A DNA stretch of 64,000 nt from Octopus sinensis. Taxonomy: Eukaryota. Within the stretch, counting starts at the first letter, position 1; each line of letters starts with the position of its first letter. Positions 41,238 to 55,719 of this stretch are shown here, piece by piece. The stretch covers positions 11,532,001 to 11,596,000 of the forward strand of contig NC_043000.1 of NCBI RefSeq assembly GCF_006345805.1. Reading direction: 5' to 3'. The notes beneath the pieces are model-generated. The model did no database searches and had not been told where the DNA came from. It was given only the letters and a program-made list of their open reading frames with translations. The position numbers and the translations under genes were made by a program.

Positions 41238-41906
41238 CCCCCGTTTGTTTATCCAATTTTAAACCCTGCACGACTTCTATATACTTTGTCTTTCCTACCC
41301 GCCATTGCTTCTTTACCAAACTATTTTGGCGCCCTCCGATTCTTCCCCCCTCTTCCTCCCATCCTCCTCAATCCCTTCTTTCTCCTTTTCTCTTGGTCAC
41401 TGATTCTGTCCCCTGCCTTCCACCCTCTTTGATTCCCTCTCTCTCTGTCTCTCTTTCTCTCTCTCTCCTGCAACCTGCTGCTTCTTAACCATTCTGTTGG
41501 CGATCGTATCTCGACCAACATGTGTCCCCTCTACCGAAAAGGTAATTATTTCTACGCCAGCTGCTATGTTGTTGTTGTTTTTGTCTCATTTGGTCTAAAG
41601 TCGTATGACAACCACCGTTATATATATTTTGTTTATCCATTACTGTTTTCAATTTCGTTTTCGTCTCTTGTATTTACATCCGTCTCTTGCGTTTACATTC
41701 TTGTCTTCTACCAAGAAATCTAATGCTTACAGCTTAGTTTTTTTCTTGGGGCTGGCCGAGTTGGAGCAAATATCAGAATTGAACAGCCGAAATTTGCTAT
41801 GATGATTCGGTGTCTGACTGAAGATTGAAGGCTTCGAATGATTTGTCTGTGTTCCGTGTTCGTCCCTTCCTGTATTTCACGTTCTTTATATATAAAAACA
41901 TTTATT

Positions 41907-41946
<40 letters not shown>

Positions 41947-41949
41947 TAT

Positions 41950-42268
41950 ATACGACGGGCTTCTTTCAGCTTCCGTCTACCAAATCCGCTCACAAGGCTT
42001 TGGTCGGCCCGAGGCTATAGTAGAAGACACTCTCAGAGTGGCTGGCGTTAGGAAGGGCATCCGGCTGCCAAATCAAGTTTGGAGCCTGGTGCAGCCATCT
42101 GGTTCGCCAGCCCTCAGTCAAAATCGTCCAACCCATGTTAGCATGGAAAGCGGACGTTAAACGATGATGATGATGATGATGATTCTCCCAAGGTGCCACG
42201 CAGTGGGAATGAACCCGGAACCATGTGGTTGGTAAGCAAGCTACTTACCACACAGCCACTCCTGCGCC
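41950..42268 (-). mobile_element. SINE family A, 5' half, interrupted by a family D insert at 42031-42183
   Basis: The family A text GAAGACAC|..|CCCAAGGTGCCAC is split by a D fragment with a (GAT)n tail. Confidence 0.85.
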
Positions 42269-42753
42269 TATAATAAACTTAAAAGTTTATGTAATTCAAT
42301 ATTTTATTAATCCTATATTAATAGGAAGTTATTCACTTTTGCGGAATAACACAGTGAAATTTGCATCACTGATTTATACTCACCATTGCCAAAAAATTTC
42401 TTAACATTAAAATTAGTCGATAATCAACTGCATGTTGGACTTAGAGATAATAATCTCGGACTTAGGGATAATGAGATTTCTGATAATGATCATGCTGGAT
42501 AATGATCGTGCTGAAATAATAATGATCGTGATAATGATAATGATAACGATCATATTGGACTTACAGATAATGGTCTTGCAAGCTAAGAATTACTGCCTCA
42601 TCGGTCTCAACTAACAGCTCTCGGCTTTCCGATGTATCGCAGGATTAACCGTTTCATTAAGATACAAGGTAAGAAACTTCATTCAATTTAAAACATTACG
42701 CTCCGAAGCGCCTTTGATATTTCGCTTTTTAAACATTATAATTATCTGGTTAA

Positions 42754-44215
42754 GGCGGCGAGCAGGCAGAATCGTTAGCACACCGGACGAAATGCTTAGC
42801 GGTATTTCGTCTGCCGCTACGTTCTGAGTTCAAATTCCGCCGAGGTCGACTTTGCCTTTCATCCTTTCGGGGTCGATAAATTAAAGTACCAGTTACGCAC
42901 TGGGGTCGATATAATCGACTTAATCCGTCTGTCTGTCCTTGTTTGTCTCCTCTGTGTTTAGCGCCTTGTGGGTAGTAAAGAAATAGGTATGTAGCGATAT
43001 TGATATCCTCACTGTTTGAGAGACACATAAGAATGATCTCGTTTGCGATTACAACCATCTTTGGCTAGTTTGACCCTGTTGTGTCCACTGATCTGATTGG
43101 TTGGCATCTAGCGCGGTCTGTCTTTCTACTTATTTCGCGCCAGGGTGTAAAGCCAACCAATCACGGCCTTCGGATAAGATACTCTTCTTTGAGCCAGTTT
43201 AACCCTATAAATAAGCTTGTTTTCACTATTCTCCGTCTTTCGGCTCCAGACCTTTTAAGGTCTAGTCACTGACCACAGAGCTACTCAGCCATGTTCCAGT
43301 TCCAGCGACAGCCATGTTCCAGCTCCAGCTATGTAGATGCTATTGTACACCCGCTACGCAGAACGATCTCCATCTCCGCCTCCGACATCACCATCGTCGT
43401 ACTTCAACTTTACGTCATCTCCACCATCGTCGTCTCCACCTCCGTCGACTTCAACAACATGTACACATCAACAAACCGACCAGGTTTAACTCACGCTGTT
43501 TGTGTGAATCTTTCACCGAGAAGAAACAGTCAGTCTAACTGAAAGAATTATCTATATCAAGAGATTCGGCACGGCATGATAGCCACAACTTCTACACGGC
43601 TAGTAACCGACTCTGCCACCTGACCCACAACATCTTGTTATAGAACTTACTATTGTGTACCTTATGAACTGGTAAACTAACTCTATCTTAACTCAATATG
43701 CTGAGAACTTATGCTCTGTATTCTGTATTTTCTGTTATACGCACACACCCTTGTCTGTACCTTTTGTCACACACACGAACACACAGACACAAACACTTGT
43801 CGCATGCACACATACACAACACTTCATTAGTACTTACACACACACTCTCTCTCTCTCTGTACACATTGTGAATAAAGTCTTCTCTCTCAAACAGTAGAAC
43901 GGTTTGTTGTCCTCATTCATTCCGTTGGCGCTGTATTTTATATGTTATATTATGAATATGGCTTCTCTTATTTTGTTAGGGAGCAACCGTGTGACATTCA
44001 AAAGGAGACATTTCTGTCACCAACTCCTTTACGTACGCTCGTAAAACCCTACAGGTATTTCGTCTGTCTTTACGTTCTGAATTCAAATTCCGCCAAGGAC
44101 GTCTTTGCCTTTTATCCTTTCGGTGTCGATGAATTAAGTACCAGTTGCGTACTGGAGTTGATCTAATTGACTGACCCTCCTCCCTCAAAATTTCGGACGT
44201 TGTGCCTAGAGTAGA
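42754..44215 (+). mobile_element. SINE family B dimer interrupted by a solo LTR
   Basis: Unit 1 spans 42754-42989; unit 2 resumes GGTATTTCGTCTG at 44054. Confidence 0.8.
42990..44053 (+). mobile_element. Solo LTR (1064 bp), probably Ty3/Gypsy-type
   Basis: TGTAG...CTACA termini, 4-bp TSD GGTA (42986-42989 and 44054-44057), CCAATC and CTATAAATAA near 43157-43215, and AATAAA at ~43870. Confidence 0.8.
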
Positions 44216-44229
44216 AAAAATGTAGAAAA

Positions 44230-45170
44230 GAATACTTGCAGCTATGTTTTCTTTGCGTTACAGTACAATCTTACCTTCCCCGATTCTTGCTCTAATCTGT
44301 TCGGCACCTCCTTTGCTTGCTCTGTCCTTTCTGTTAGTAATGCCAGGTCATCAGCAGTGTCCTAGTCAGTTACTGTTACTACTTGATACCGTCTACTTCT
44401 TTGCCTATGCAGTTTGAATTCCAGTTCTTCTTCCTTGCCATCGTACGTTTTACGCATTACATAGTCTAGAACGATGGCGAAGAGATAAGGTGCTAGCGTG
44501 TCATCTTGTAATACACCGGCTTTGTCTTCAAAGTATTCTGTCTCTCCACTAGGAGTGATCACTTTCGCTCTAGTGTTCTCATATAGTTTTTTGCTCTCAG
44601 AATTCTTGGTAGAATTTCATATGCTTTAAGTATCTTCATCATCATCCCTCTATATACTGAATCAAACCCTTTTAAAGTCTACAAAGATAATGATAGCCTT
44701 CCTGCTATGGCTCTTAACTCCCTCTATCAGTCTTCTAATTGGGTCAATGAGATGTTGACCGTCCTGATCTGAATCCATTTTGATTTGGTCACAATTGTTT
44801 GTCTATTTTATGTTGTATTCGGTTAAGTATCATCTTGTTGACCATTTTTGCAACAATGGATTACAGACTAATCCCTCTGTAATTCCCAGTATCACTTAGG
44901 TCTCCAATTTTGAGCAGCGGTAGCAATTCTATCTTAGACTATTTTTCTGGCTTCACATTGTCATTTAGTTGTTTATTTGCAAATTCAAGGATGATGTCGT
45001 CTAAATCACATCTTTTTAGTACTTCTGGTGGGATGTTGTCAGGACCAATTTGTTTTCCTTCTTTCAGGTTAGTTGCGGCTCTTTCTATTTCTTGTTTTGT
45101 GAAGTCTCCATCCTCGATTTGCAAACCGTCAAGTATCTTTGCTAATTCATTTTCTGTTTCACTGTCATGT
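44230..45170 (-). mobile_element. RTE-clade LINE reverse transcriptase relic
   Basis: Translates with frameshifts: K..GPDNIPPEVLK, NYRGISL, QNGFR, FVDF..FDSV, GVLQDDTLAPYLF, DTADDLAL. Confidence 0.9.
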
Positions 45171-45199
45171 AATTAATGTCATTTTAGTGTTATCCCAGT

Positions 45200-45420
45200 G
45201 GAGGCGCAATGGCCCAATGGTTAGGGCAGCGGACTCGCGGTTTCGATTCCCAGACTGAGCGTTGTGTGTGTTTATTGAGCGAAAACACCTAAAGCTCCAC
45301 AATGCTCCGGCAGGGGGTGTAGGCGACCCCTGTTTTACTCTTTCGCCCCAACTTTCTCTCACTCTTTCTTCCTGTTTCTTGAGTAACGCTGCCACCAGCT
45401 GGGGGGAACACATACGCCAT
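45200..45420 (+). mobile_element. SINE family C, 5' part
   Basis: GGAGGCGCAATGGCCCAATGGTTAGGGCAGCGGACTCGCGG..TTCGATTCCC. Confidence 0.85.
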
Positions 45421-45534
45421 AGAAACCGGGAAACCGGGACCATGATCCTGGATAGGCTTGAAAAGGGCGCATAAAAAATAGTGTTATCTCATATATGCTT
45501 AATATTAGTTATATTAAAGATTAATAAAACGGCA

Positions 45535-45970
45535 ACCCGACAGAATCGTTACCGTGCCGGATAAAATGTTTATCGACATTTCTTACGACTTCACGTTTCA
45601 AGTTCAACTTTCACCGACATCTATTTTTACCTCTCATCCTTTCCGGATCGATAAAATAAATACCAATTGAGTACTGGGATCGATGGAATCGACTTAGCCC
45701 CCTCCTCTGAACTTGCTGGCCTTGTGCCAAAAATTGAAATCAATATTAGAAATTCATTAAAGTACGAGCTAGCAGAATTGTTAGTATGCCGGGCAAAATG
45801 CTTAGCGACATTTCGTCCGTCTTCATGTTCTGAGTTCATTTCCGCCGAGGTCAACTTTGCCTTCCATCTTTTCGGGGTCGATAGAATAAGTACCAGTTGA
45901 TCAAAGGGAGTCGAAGTAATCGACTTACCTCTACCTTGAAATCGTTGGCCTTGGGCCAAAATCTGAAGCC
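45535..45970 (+). mobile_element. Two adjacent diverged family B SINEs
   Basis: Units at ~45535-45755 and ~45765-45970. Confidence 0.75.
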
Positions 45971-46999
45971 AATATTAAAAATTCATTAATTTTCTCATGG
46001 CAGATGGTAAACTTCACAGATTCTTATATAGTTCCAATTTGTTCCGGCTACTTACAAAAACTTCCTCATCCTTGCTCTACGTGGTCGATCGACCAGCGAG
46101 AGGTAACAGCTGAATCTTCCCCAGTTTACGCTCAACTATCTTTACGAAAGGGACGTTACAGGCATGACCCATAAGAGGGGTGGTCAGCCGGTACATCCGG
46201 ATCGAGGACCGGAGATAAATAGGAGCCATGACTATCTGTCAGGCTCTACTAAAAAACAAATAATTTTTTGTTTTTGGAACGAGAGATCTCGAAGCACATA
46301 AAGCTATAAATAATAGCATGTAAATATTGGTTTGAAAAACCTTTTTGGATCGAAAAAAGTCGAAGGCTGCCCGTAGGACTCGAACCCACATCTCCAGTAG
46401 AATTATTTCACGTTCTCTCGAAAGTTCGGAAAAATTCTTATGACGTCAGTAATTACAAATAATAGGGACCCCTAATATTTTGAGAAGGATCCATCATACC
46501 CGAGGCCCGAAAGAAGTCATGTTCCGTTTGACCAAATTTCTCTCGAATGCCTTGATTCCAGGTTTATCTTGGGGATAAGATGGGGACAAATTGGACGATC
46601 ATGGCTGGAATGTCTTAGGTCATTGGTTTGCTCCTTCAGAGCTGACAGCAGCAGCAGCAACAACAACAACAATAACAATTACTACCGCCACCACCATCAC
46701 CATCACCATCAATACCACTTGAACTACCAACATATTAGCATCATCTCAACGGTAGCACCAACAGCCTCTACCACCATGCCACCCCCTAAAAGTGAGAACC
46801 AAAAGACTGTAAGAATTACACCATGCAATTACAACGATTTCATCAGTATGTTATATAAGTGTAATGGCCTGGCTGATGTACCTTTCTTACAACCTCCCTC
46901 TGCTGACGTGTGTTGGCATCACATATATATGTTTCTACACGGTTGCACAATAGTCTTATTGCACGTCTTTTACAACTGGACTTGCGATTGGGGAGATGG

Positions 47000-47011
47000 T
47001 GTTAGGGATGA

Positions 47012-47048
<37 letters not shown>

Positions 47049-49000
47049 GGTGGTGGTGGTGGTGGTTGTAGTTCTCGGCGTCGTTGTAATTGAAGTGGCT
47101 TTGTTCGTGATGGCGATGGCGAAGATGTAGAGTGGTGGTCGTGGTGGTGGTCGTGGCGTGGCTACTTCTTAAGGTTGGTGGTGGCACTGGGCTTAGGTTG
47201 TAGTGGAGGTGGTGGTGGTTATTATGAGAAGACATCGACGACGACGATGACGATGACGACGACGACGACGACGACGATGATGGTGATGATGATGATGATG
47301 ATGGCAGCAGTGGTTGTCGTGATGGTATAATACTAATTAGAGTAATGGTAGTTGTGTGTGGTTATTATGGTAATTTGGGGGCAATTGTTGTTGTTGTTGT
47401 TGTTGCGCTGAGGTTGCTGTTGTGGTGGTTAATGTGGTTGCTGTTGTTACAGTGGTTGTTGCTGTGGTAGTGGTTGTCGTTGCTGTGGTTGTTGTTGTTG
47501 ATGTTGTGGTGGTGGTTGTTGTAGTGGTTATTGTTGTGGTATTGGTAGCGGTGTTGGTAGTAATGGTGGTGGTTGTGGTGATAATTGTTGTTGTTGTGGT
47601 GGTGGTGGTGGTTGTGATGACAGTTGTTGTTGTTGTAGTAGTGGTGATAGTAATTGTTGTTGTGGTGGTGGTAGTGGTGACAGTTGTTGTTGTTGTAGTA
47701 GTGGTGGTTGTAGTGGTGGTGGTGGTGGTGATAGTTATTGTTGTTGTGGTGGTGGTAGTGGTACCGGTAGTGACAGTGGTGGTGGTGGTTGTTGTGGTGA
47801 TAGTTGTTGTTGTTGTTGTTGTGGTGGTGGTGGTGGTGGTGGTGGTGATAGTTATTGTTGTCGTGGTGGTGGTAGTGGCATGGTAGTTGTGGTGATAGTT
47901 GTTGTTGTTGTTATTGTGGTGGTGGTTGTGGTGATAGTTATTGTTGTTGTGGTGGTGGTGGTGGTTGTGGTGACAGTTGTTGTTGTAGTAATGGTGATAG
48001 TAATTGTTGTTGTGGTGGTGGTTGTGGTGATAGTTATTGTTGTTATGGTGGTGGTGGTGGTTGTGGTGACAGTTGTTGTTGTTGTAGTAGTGGTGATAGT
48101 AATTGTTGTTGTGGTGATGGTTGTGGTGATAGTTATTGTTGTTGTTGTGGTGGTGGTGGTAGTGGTGGCAGTTGTTGTTGTTGTAGTAGTGGTGATAGTA
48201 ATTGTTGTTGTGGTGGTGGTTGTGGTGATAGTTGTTGTTGTGTGGTGGTGGTAGTTGTGGTGACAGTTGTTGTTGTTATGGTGGTGGTGGTGGTTGTGGT
48301 GACAGTTGTTGTTGTTGTAGTAGTGGTGATAGTAATTGTTGTTGTGGTGATGGTTGTGGTGATAGTTATTGTTGTTGTTGTGGTGGTGGTGGTAGTGGTG
48401 GCAGTTGTTGTTGTTGTAGTAGTGGTGATAGTAATTGTTGTTGTGGTGGTGGTTGTGGTGATAGTTGTTGTTGTGGTGGTGGTGGTAGTTGTGGTGACAG
48501 TTGTTGTTTTAGTAGTGGTGATAGTAATTGTTGTTGTGGTGGTGGTTGTGGTGATAGTTATTGTTGTGGTGGTGGTTGTGGTGATAGTTGTTGTTGTTGT
48601 TGTGGTGGTGGTTGTGGTGACAGTTGTTGTTGTTGTAGTAGTGGTGATAGTAATTGTTGTTGTGGTGGTGGTGGTGGTAGTGGTGACAGTTGTTGTTGTT
48701 GTGGTGGTGATAGTAATTGTTATTGTGGTGGTGGTGGTGGTTGTTGTGATGATAGTTGTTGTGGTTGCTGTGGTAGTAGTGGTGGTGGTGATGGTAGTTG
48801 TGGTAATGGTTGTCGTGGTTATTATTATTGCAGTGGTGGTTGTTGTTGTTGTAGTGGTAGTAGCTCTTTTGGTGGTTGTTGTGGTCGATGTTGCTGCAGT
48901 AGTTGATATTACTGTGGTGGTGGTTGTTTTTGTTGTATTGGTAGTGGTTGTAGTTGTTGTTGTGATGGTTGTTGAGGTGGTGGTTATCTGTTGTGGTTAG
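47000..49000. repeat. (GTN)n / (GGT/TGT)n cryptic trinucleotide tract
   Basis: ~2 kb of GTG/GTT/GTA/ATA triplets; the poly-Val and Gly/Cys ORFs arise from this composition. Confidence 0.95.
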
Positions 49001-49224
49001 GTGCTAGCATAACAGTTCTGGGAAAGATAGTAGTCACATTGTTATGGTTATTAATGTGAGACGTTGTCGTGTGGTGGCAGCACTGGTGTTTTTCATAGCG
49101 CTCATCTAACACGTGCGCGCGTGCGCATAGGTATATGTATCTAAGCACACACATGTGTCTTTCCTAACTCGCTCTTCCTGTTCAAATTCTATCTCTCTTA
49201 CCCTGGTCTCTCACATAATACACA

Positions 49225-49231
49225 CACACAA

Positions 49232-49286
<55 letters not shown>

Positions 49287-50512
49287 TATACACATATATA
49301 TACACATATATATACACATATATATATACACACTATATATATACACATATACATTCGTATGTATATATATATATAATGTGTATATATATATGTGTGTACA
49401 TATCTATGTATGTTTATATATATATACACACACACAAACACATTGTATGCATGTATGTACATATGCATATATATATATGTATGTATACATATATGTATAT
49501 ATATGCATATGTATATATATATATGTATACATATATGTATATATATGCATATGTATATATATATATATCTGTATATATATATATGTGTATATGTATTTAT
49601 ATACATATATATGTGTGTGTGTATATATATATATATACACGTATGTATGTATATATATGTGTGTGTGTGTGTGCGTGTGAAAATATATGTGTGTGTGAGA
49701 GAGAGGGAGACAGAGGTGGATAATCACATAAACAGAATGAGAAAGTAAGAACGGAAAGAAAGAAGGAAGTTTACAGAAAAATAAGCAAAAGTAAGAAATA
49801 GCAAAGGCTGAACACAGAACCAGAGCGTGACACACACATACACACACACATACACATTCACACGCACACACATACACACACACATTCACACGCACACACA
49901 TACACACACACATTCACACGCACACACATACACACACACACACATACACACACACATACACACACACATTCACACGCACACGCATACACACACACACATA
50001 CACACACACATTCACACGCACACACATACACACACACACACATACACACACACATTCACACGCACACGCATACACACACACACATACACACACACATACA
50101 CACACACATTCACACGCACACGCATACACACACACACATACACACACACATACACACACACACATACACACACACACACACATACACACACACATACACA
50201 CACACACATTCACACACGCACACGCATACACACACACACATACACACACACATTCACACGCACACACATACACACACACACACACATACACACACACATA
50301 CACACACACACATTCACACGCACACGCATACACACACACACATACACACACACATACACACGCACACACATTCACACGCACACGCATACACACACACATT
50401 CACACGCACACACATACACACACATAGACACACACATATACGCACGCGCACGCAGACATACAGACATTCGCACTCCCCCACATACTGACACACATATCTA
50501 CATCTATCTATC

Positions 50513-50609
<97 letters not shown>

Positions 50610-50783
50610 GTATGTATATTATACAGATAAACATAGGCATGTTCTACAATATTACATTTTTCTTACGTGAACATTAGGTTAAGCTGACATTTCTTTTCAT
50701 TACAACTCCGTTGCTTTATGTTTGACAATCTCTTACATTTCTTATACTTATCTCTCTCTCCCTCCCTCCCTCCCTCCCTCCTC

Positions 50784-50853
<70 letters not shown>

Positions 50854-51102
50854 GCACACATACATATATACAGACACATTTATGTATATATATGATTGTA
50901 CATATATGCACAAACATATGCATATATGTATGTATCTGTGTGTATATATATATGTGTATATATATACTCACACATATACAGGTATGTATGCATGTATGAA
51001 TGTATGTATATCTATATGCATGTGTGTGTGGGGGGGTATTTTATGTGTGTGTGACCCTCCCTCTCTCTCTCTCTTACTCTCTCTCTCTTACTCTCTCTCT
51101 TA

Positions 51103-51135
<33 letters not shown>

Positions 51136-51400
51136 CACGCACACATACATATATACAGACACATTTATGTATATATATGATTGTACATATATGCACAAAC
51201 ATATGCATATATGTATGTATCTGTGTGTATATATATATATGTATATATATACTCACACATATACAGGTATGTATGCATGTATGAATGTATGTATGTCTGT
51301 ATGCATGTGTGTGTGTGGGGGGGTATTTTTATGTGTGTGTGTGGGGGGGTATTTTTATGTGTGTGTGAGCATGCGTGTGTGTGTGTGTGTGCAAGCAATG
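49225..51400. repeat. Compound (TA)n/(CA)n/(CT)n microsatellite block with a local ~290-bp tandem duplication
   Basis: ACACGCACACATACATATATACAGACACATTTATG..CAGGTATGTATGCATG occurs at ~50850 and ~51135. Confidence 0.9.
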
Positions 51401-51887
51401 TAACCTCTAGAAAACCTCTAAATTAGTATATCCTTTACCAGAAATGGAATCCCAATGAAGGACAATTGCGAAATATCAACGAATGGTATAAATACATACA
51501 ACAAATTCACCATAAACGAAGAAACCCTAAACAAGTTTAAACCTACGAGAACAAGGATTGCAAAGAAGGACAAGTTAGAACCACGAATACACAATTTACA
51601 AAAGGTTCGCTATGAACAAGCACATCAAACGCATTCTTCCATCATCAGCTGCCTAATGGATTTCATTACGGTTTCGACACCTGAGTAGTACTACTCAATC
51701 TGTCTATGTCAACAGTGTTAAAAACAAACGATGCTTGAGAATTAATAGACAAGAAGCAAGATCGAACCCAAGATCTCTTGGTTGTAAAGTGAACGTTTTA
51801 ACTATTCGGCCATACTGCACTACACTCACACAAATATATCACTATGTATATGTATATATATATGTATATGTGTATGTATACACACAC

Positions 51888-51994
<107 letters not shown>

Positions 51995-53732
51995 TATAAA
52001 TTAGAGAAAAACCACTATTATGTAATTCAAACAATGATAGACATAAACCAAATCATAAAGAAAAAATAAAATATATTATAAAACATATAACTAGATCACA
52101 AAAAGTGCAAAAATGTGAATAAACAATATATAATAAGTAAAAAGACTACGTACGTTTCGTGGCTATAACTTCAATTCGAATTACAATTAAATCTATTCAC
52201 CAGTTTTCCACATGTGTGCGATTTTTTATGTGAATCCATCCAGCCGTTTGGCTGTGAACCTCAAGACAAGAAAGAATACAACGATCGCCCATGTCCAATT
52301 TATATTATAGATATGACGGACTTCTTTCGGTTTCGTTTACGAAATCCAGTCACAAGACTTTGGTCGGTTTGAGGCTATAGTAGAAGACATTTGTCCAACG
52401 TGCCACACAGTGTGACTGAACCCAGAAACAAGTGATTTGAAAGGAAATTTCTTACCACACAGCCATGCTGGTGCCTCTTTCCTTCTTATCTTTTATTTTA
52501 TTCTTTTTTTTATGACTAATTAAATTCTTTGTTCTTCAAAGTTCTTTCAAGAAATTTTCTCTAAATTTTCTTTTATTGTAGGTCATTTTGGAATATAGTC
52601 GTTTCTTTAATCGATTTCTTCTTTGTTTATATTATGTAGCTATCTTCATTTTTTGGTTATTTTTGAATGAGAAACTCGTCCATGAAACACGTGACTATAT
52701 ATTTTACCGGTTTACAGTAATCCCTCGCCATATCGCGCTTCACCTATCGCGCACTCAGTACATCGTGGATTTTTTCTGGCTAATATATGTAAATTTATAA
52801 CGCGTACTCCTCAGTATATCCGGGTTTCTGCGGCCGATAGGTATTTATATATTTTAGATTTTAATTATTTCTGTGGGAGGTTTTGGAACGTAATACCCGC
52901 GATAGTCGAGGAATTACTGTATACATACTGTTTCAATTTTTAGGTGGTCTTTCGTGCCTATTATTTCTAAGGATGTAAATGTTATGACTGAACTATAAAC
53001 CTGAAGGCAGGATTTGAAGTTGCATTAGTTAAAGTTAACAGTTCTCTCAGCTCAAGAAGTTGTCTAAAATAGATGGAAATACCCTCCTCCCTGTCTATAA
53101 TCACAATAAAAATTGAACTTCGTTTGAGTTCGTTTGAGCTGCTTGAAATTCTTTATACTACTTTTTAAGCATTTATCAGATGTCTTTTCAATTACATCAA
53201 CAAATTTTTCATTTTCTGTCCTAAGTCTTTGCTTCTTGCAACAGCTTCACATACCATGTCCATTTTATAATAAACTTTATTTTAATTATGGCTCCACATT
53301 TTAAACATTCAGCATTTACTTTCCCAAATGGAATAAGAACCTAATCACGCTGAATCTCCCCGAGAATAACGTTAAGGGTGCACGTGTCTGTGGAGTTCTC
53401 GGCCACTTGCACGTTAATTCCACGAGCAGGCTGTTCCGTTGATGAGATCAACTGGAACATGCGTCGTCGTAACCGACGGAGTGCCAACAACCGTGCATCA
53501 ATCAAATCAGATAAACCCAATAATGGAAACGCAATGTTTCTACGTTCGCTCGTTTCGGGGATGAAGTTCTTCAGTCGGATATTCAAAGCGTTTTCATTGC
53601 CCACCCCCACTGCCTCCCACAAGAAATTTTTTGTGGGTGCGCTTACACCCACTGTTCCCGAGCCAAGCAGTGTATAAAATCTTGTTTGCAAAATAAGCAA
53701 TACGATTAACTGTAAGCGTCAAAATCTTAAAG

Positions 53733-54115
53733 TGGAAGCACTCCGTCGGTTACGACGACGAGGGTTCCGGTTGATCCGATCAACGGAACAGCCTGCTCGT
53801 GAAATTAACGTGTAAGTGGCTGAGCACTCCACAGACACGTGTACCCTTAACGTAGTTCTCGGGGATATTCAGCGTGAAACAGAGTGTGACAAGGCTCGCC
53901 CTTTGAAATACAGGTACAACAGAAACAGGAAGTAAGAGTGAGAGAAAGTTGTGGTGAAAGAGTACAGCAGGGATCACCACCATCCCCTGCCGGAGCCTCA
54001 TGGAGCTTTTAGGTGTTTTCGCTCAATAAACACTCACAACGCCCGGTCTGGGAATCGAAACCGCGATCCTACGACCGCGAGTCCGCTGCCCTAACCACTG
54101 GGCCATTGCGCCTCC
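53733..54115 (-). mobile_element. SINE family C, full length; a separate 3' tail at ~53360-53490 lies in the opposite orientation
   Basis: tRNA-like head at 54115-54050; tail ..CGTAACCGACGGAGTGCTTCCA. Confidence 0.9.
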
Positions 54116-55579
54116 ACCTTAAAGTAAATGGTAATTAAAAAAACAAACTATGACTGAATGTAGGTAGAGCGCATAGGAGCTATAATTAAATTGAAATGAT
54201 AATCAATGGAGTTGGTATGTGAAGCCGTAAGAAGCAAAGATTAAAGAAAGCGAAAGATTATTGATGTAATTGAGAAGATAAGTCAACGAACACGTAACCA
54301 GATAAGTACTGGCGTAATTGCTATTGTAATAAGGAGTGATATGAAACACCTTAATGAATTTGAGTTTGTAATAATTAATTGATTGTCTGTTAAGTTGTTA
54401 TCTGCTAAAACTTAATGAAAGAAGTGTGAGGAAATGAATAAAGATAAATACATGTAGTATCGCTATCGTCACTGTTTTATCAGAATTGAGATTTTGGATT
54501 TTATTGTTTTGAATTTTAAAAATATTCAAAGAATAAATACAGAAGGGTGTTATTAAGAAGACTAAATACGTATGTGTTTGCTTATATGTATTCATCACTA
54601 TTAGACAAATTCCTTCTTCATTGTATGTATGTATGTATGTATGTCTTAAGGCTGTATCATGCGCGGGGACATAGAAATAATCGGACTGAATACCCGATCG
54701 CGCGGTTAAACCATTAGGATTGAAGGACTCCTAGCCTTTGTTAAGGCATCCTTCTAGGAGAAAGTAACTTAGGTAACTGGGATAACTCCAACATAAAACC
54801 TGCGGCTCAGTGGTTACCGATGATGTTGACTTGTTCTTCTTTTCGGATTATGGCTGCTGTTGCTTAGTGAGTGGGATTGACTCAGTGCACAGCCTTTCCT
54901 CACTTTAAAAAAATCTTCTTGCACAGGCATTGCACGATAACAACATTGATTAAGCTTCGTGCAATAGCCATACTCGATAACGAGGGGGCAGCCACCATGT
55001 ATGTATGTATGTATGTATGTATGTATGTATGTATGTATGTATGTATGTATGTATGTATGTGTATGTATGTATGTATGTGTATGTATGTGTGTATGTATGT
55101 ATGTATGTGTGTATGATATTTATTTGTTCCCGAGCGTTATGAATAAATGTCTGTCGGTCAATCATTATGTAATATATATTATATGATCGATGTGACCGTT
55201 TCGCTGCTTGGTTTGTCGACCATACGTTATCGAAACAATTGTAAACCGTGGAATAAGATTAAAACCAGCGAATCGATTCTTCATTTGTTAATCCATCCAT
55301 CCATCCATCCATACATACATACATACATATGTGTGCGGGCGCGCAAATGAGTCAGAAGTATATACTCTCAAATCTATACACGTATAGTCATATAAATCAA
55401 GGGTTTTCGATGTCGGAACTATAAAGGATACAAAGGGTTCTAATCTAACTCGAGATATTTTTTAGCATAAGAGGTAAGAAGAGATTAATGCTAAAAAAAA
55501 AATAAGCGTAAATAGGTGTGTTACACTAATTAAAAGAATGAATCAATCAAACTCGTTCCGTTATTGTTTTATCTATTTG

Positions 55580-55666
<87 letters not shown>

Positions 55667-55719
55667 AGATATATATATATATATATAGATATATATATAT
55701 AATATCTAAAATGATTGTA

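Noticed and set aside
42990-43996. Alternative LTR end at GTGTGACA (43996)
   Set aside because: No TSD at that boundary. The 44053 end gives matching TGTAG/CTACA termini and a GGTA TSD.
46365-46410. tRNA gene on the minus strand (GGGTTCGAGTCC followed by a T run)
   Set aside because: Only a T-arm/B-box-like half is visible, with no D-arm or anticodon arm. SINE heads elsewhere were likewise not called as tRNAs.
47422-49000. Long poly-Val and Gly/Cys-rich ORFs (up to 252 aa) as structural or metal-binding proteins
   Set aside because: The (GTN)n composition cannot form stops in several frames. The ORFs mostly start at non-ATG codons and have no non-repetitive domain or clear splice context.
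51640-51700. Type II-order hammerhead (GAAAC..GTA..CTGATGA on the minus strand)
   Set aside because: Stems I and II do not pair.
52140-52210. Hammerhead on the minus strand (CTGGTGA..GAAACGTA)
   Set aside because: The core has A6G and there is no stem I; at most a dead relic.
54650-54990. RTE 5' UTR with an HDV-like ribozyme
   Set aside because: It looks repeat-like, but I could not build the nested double pseudoknot by eye; a covariance-model search is needed.
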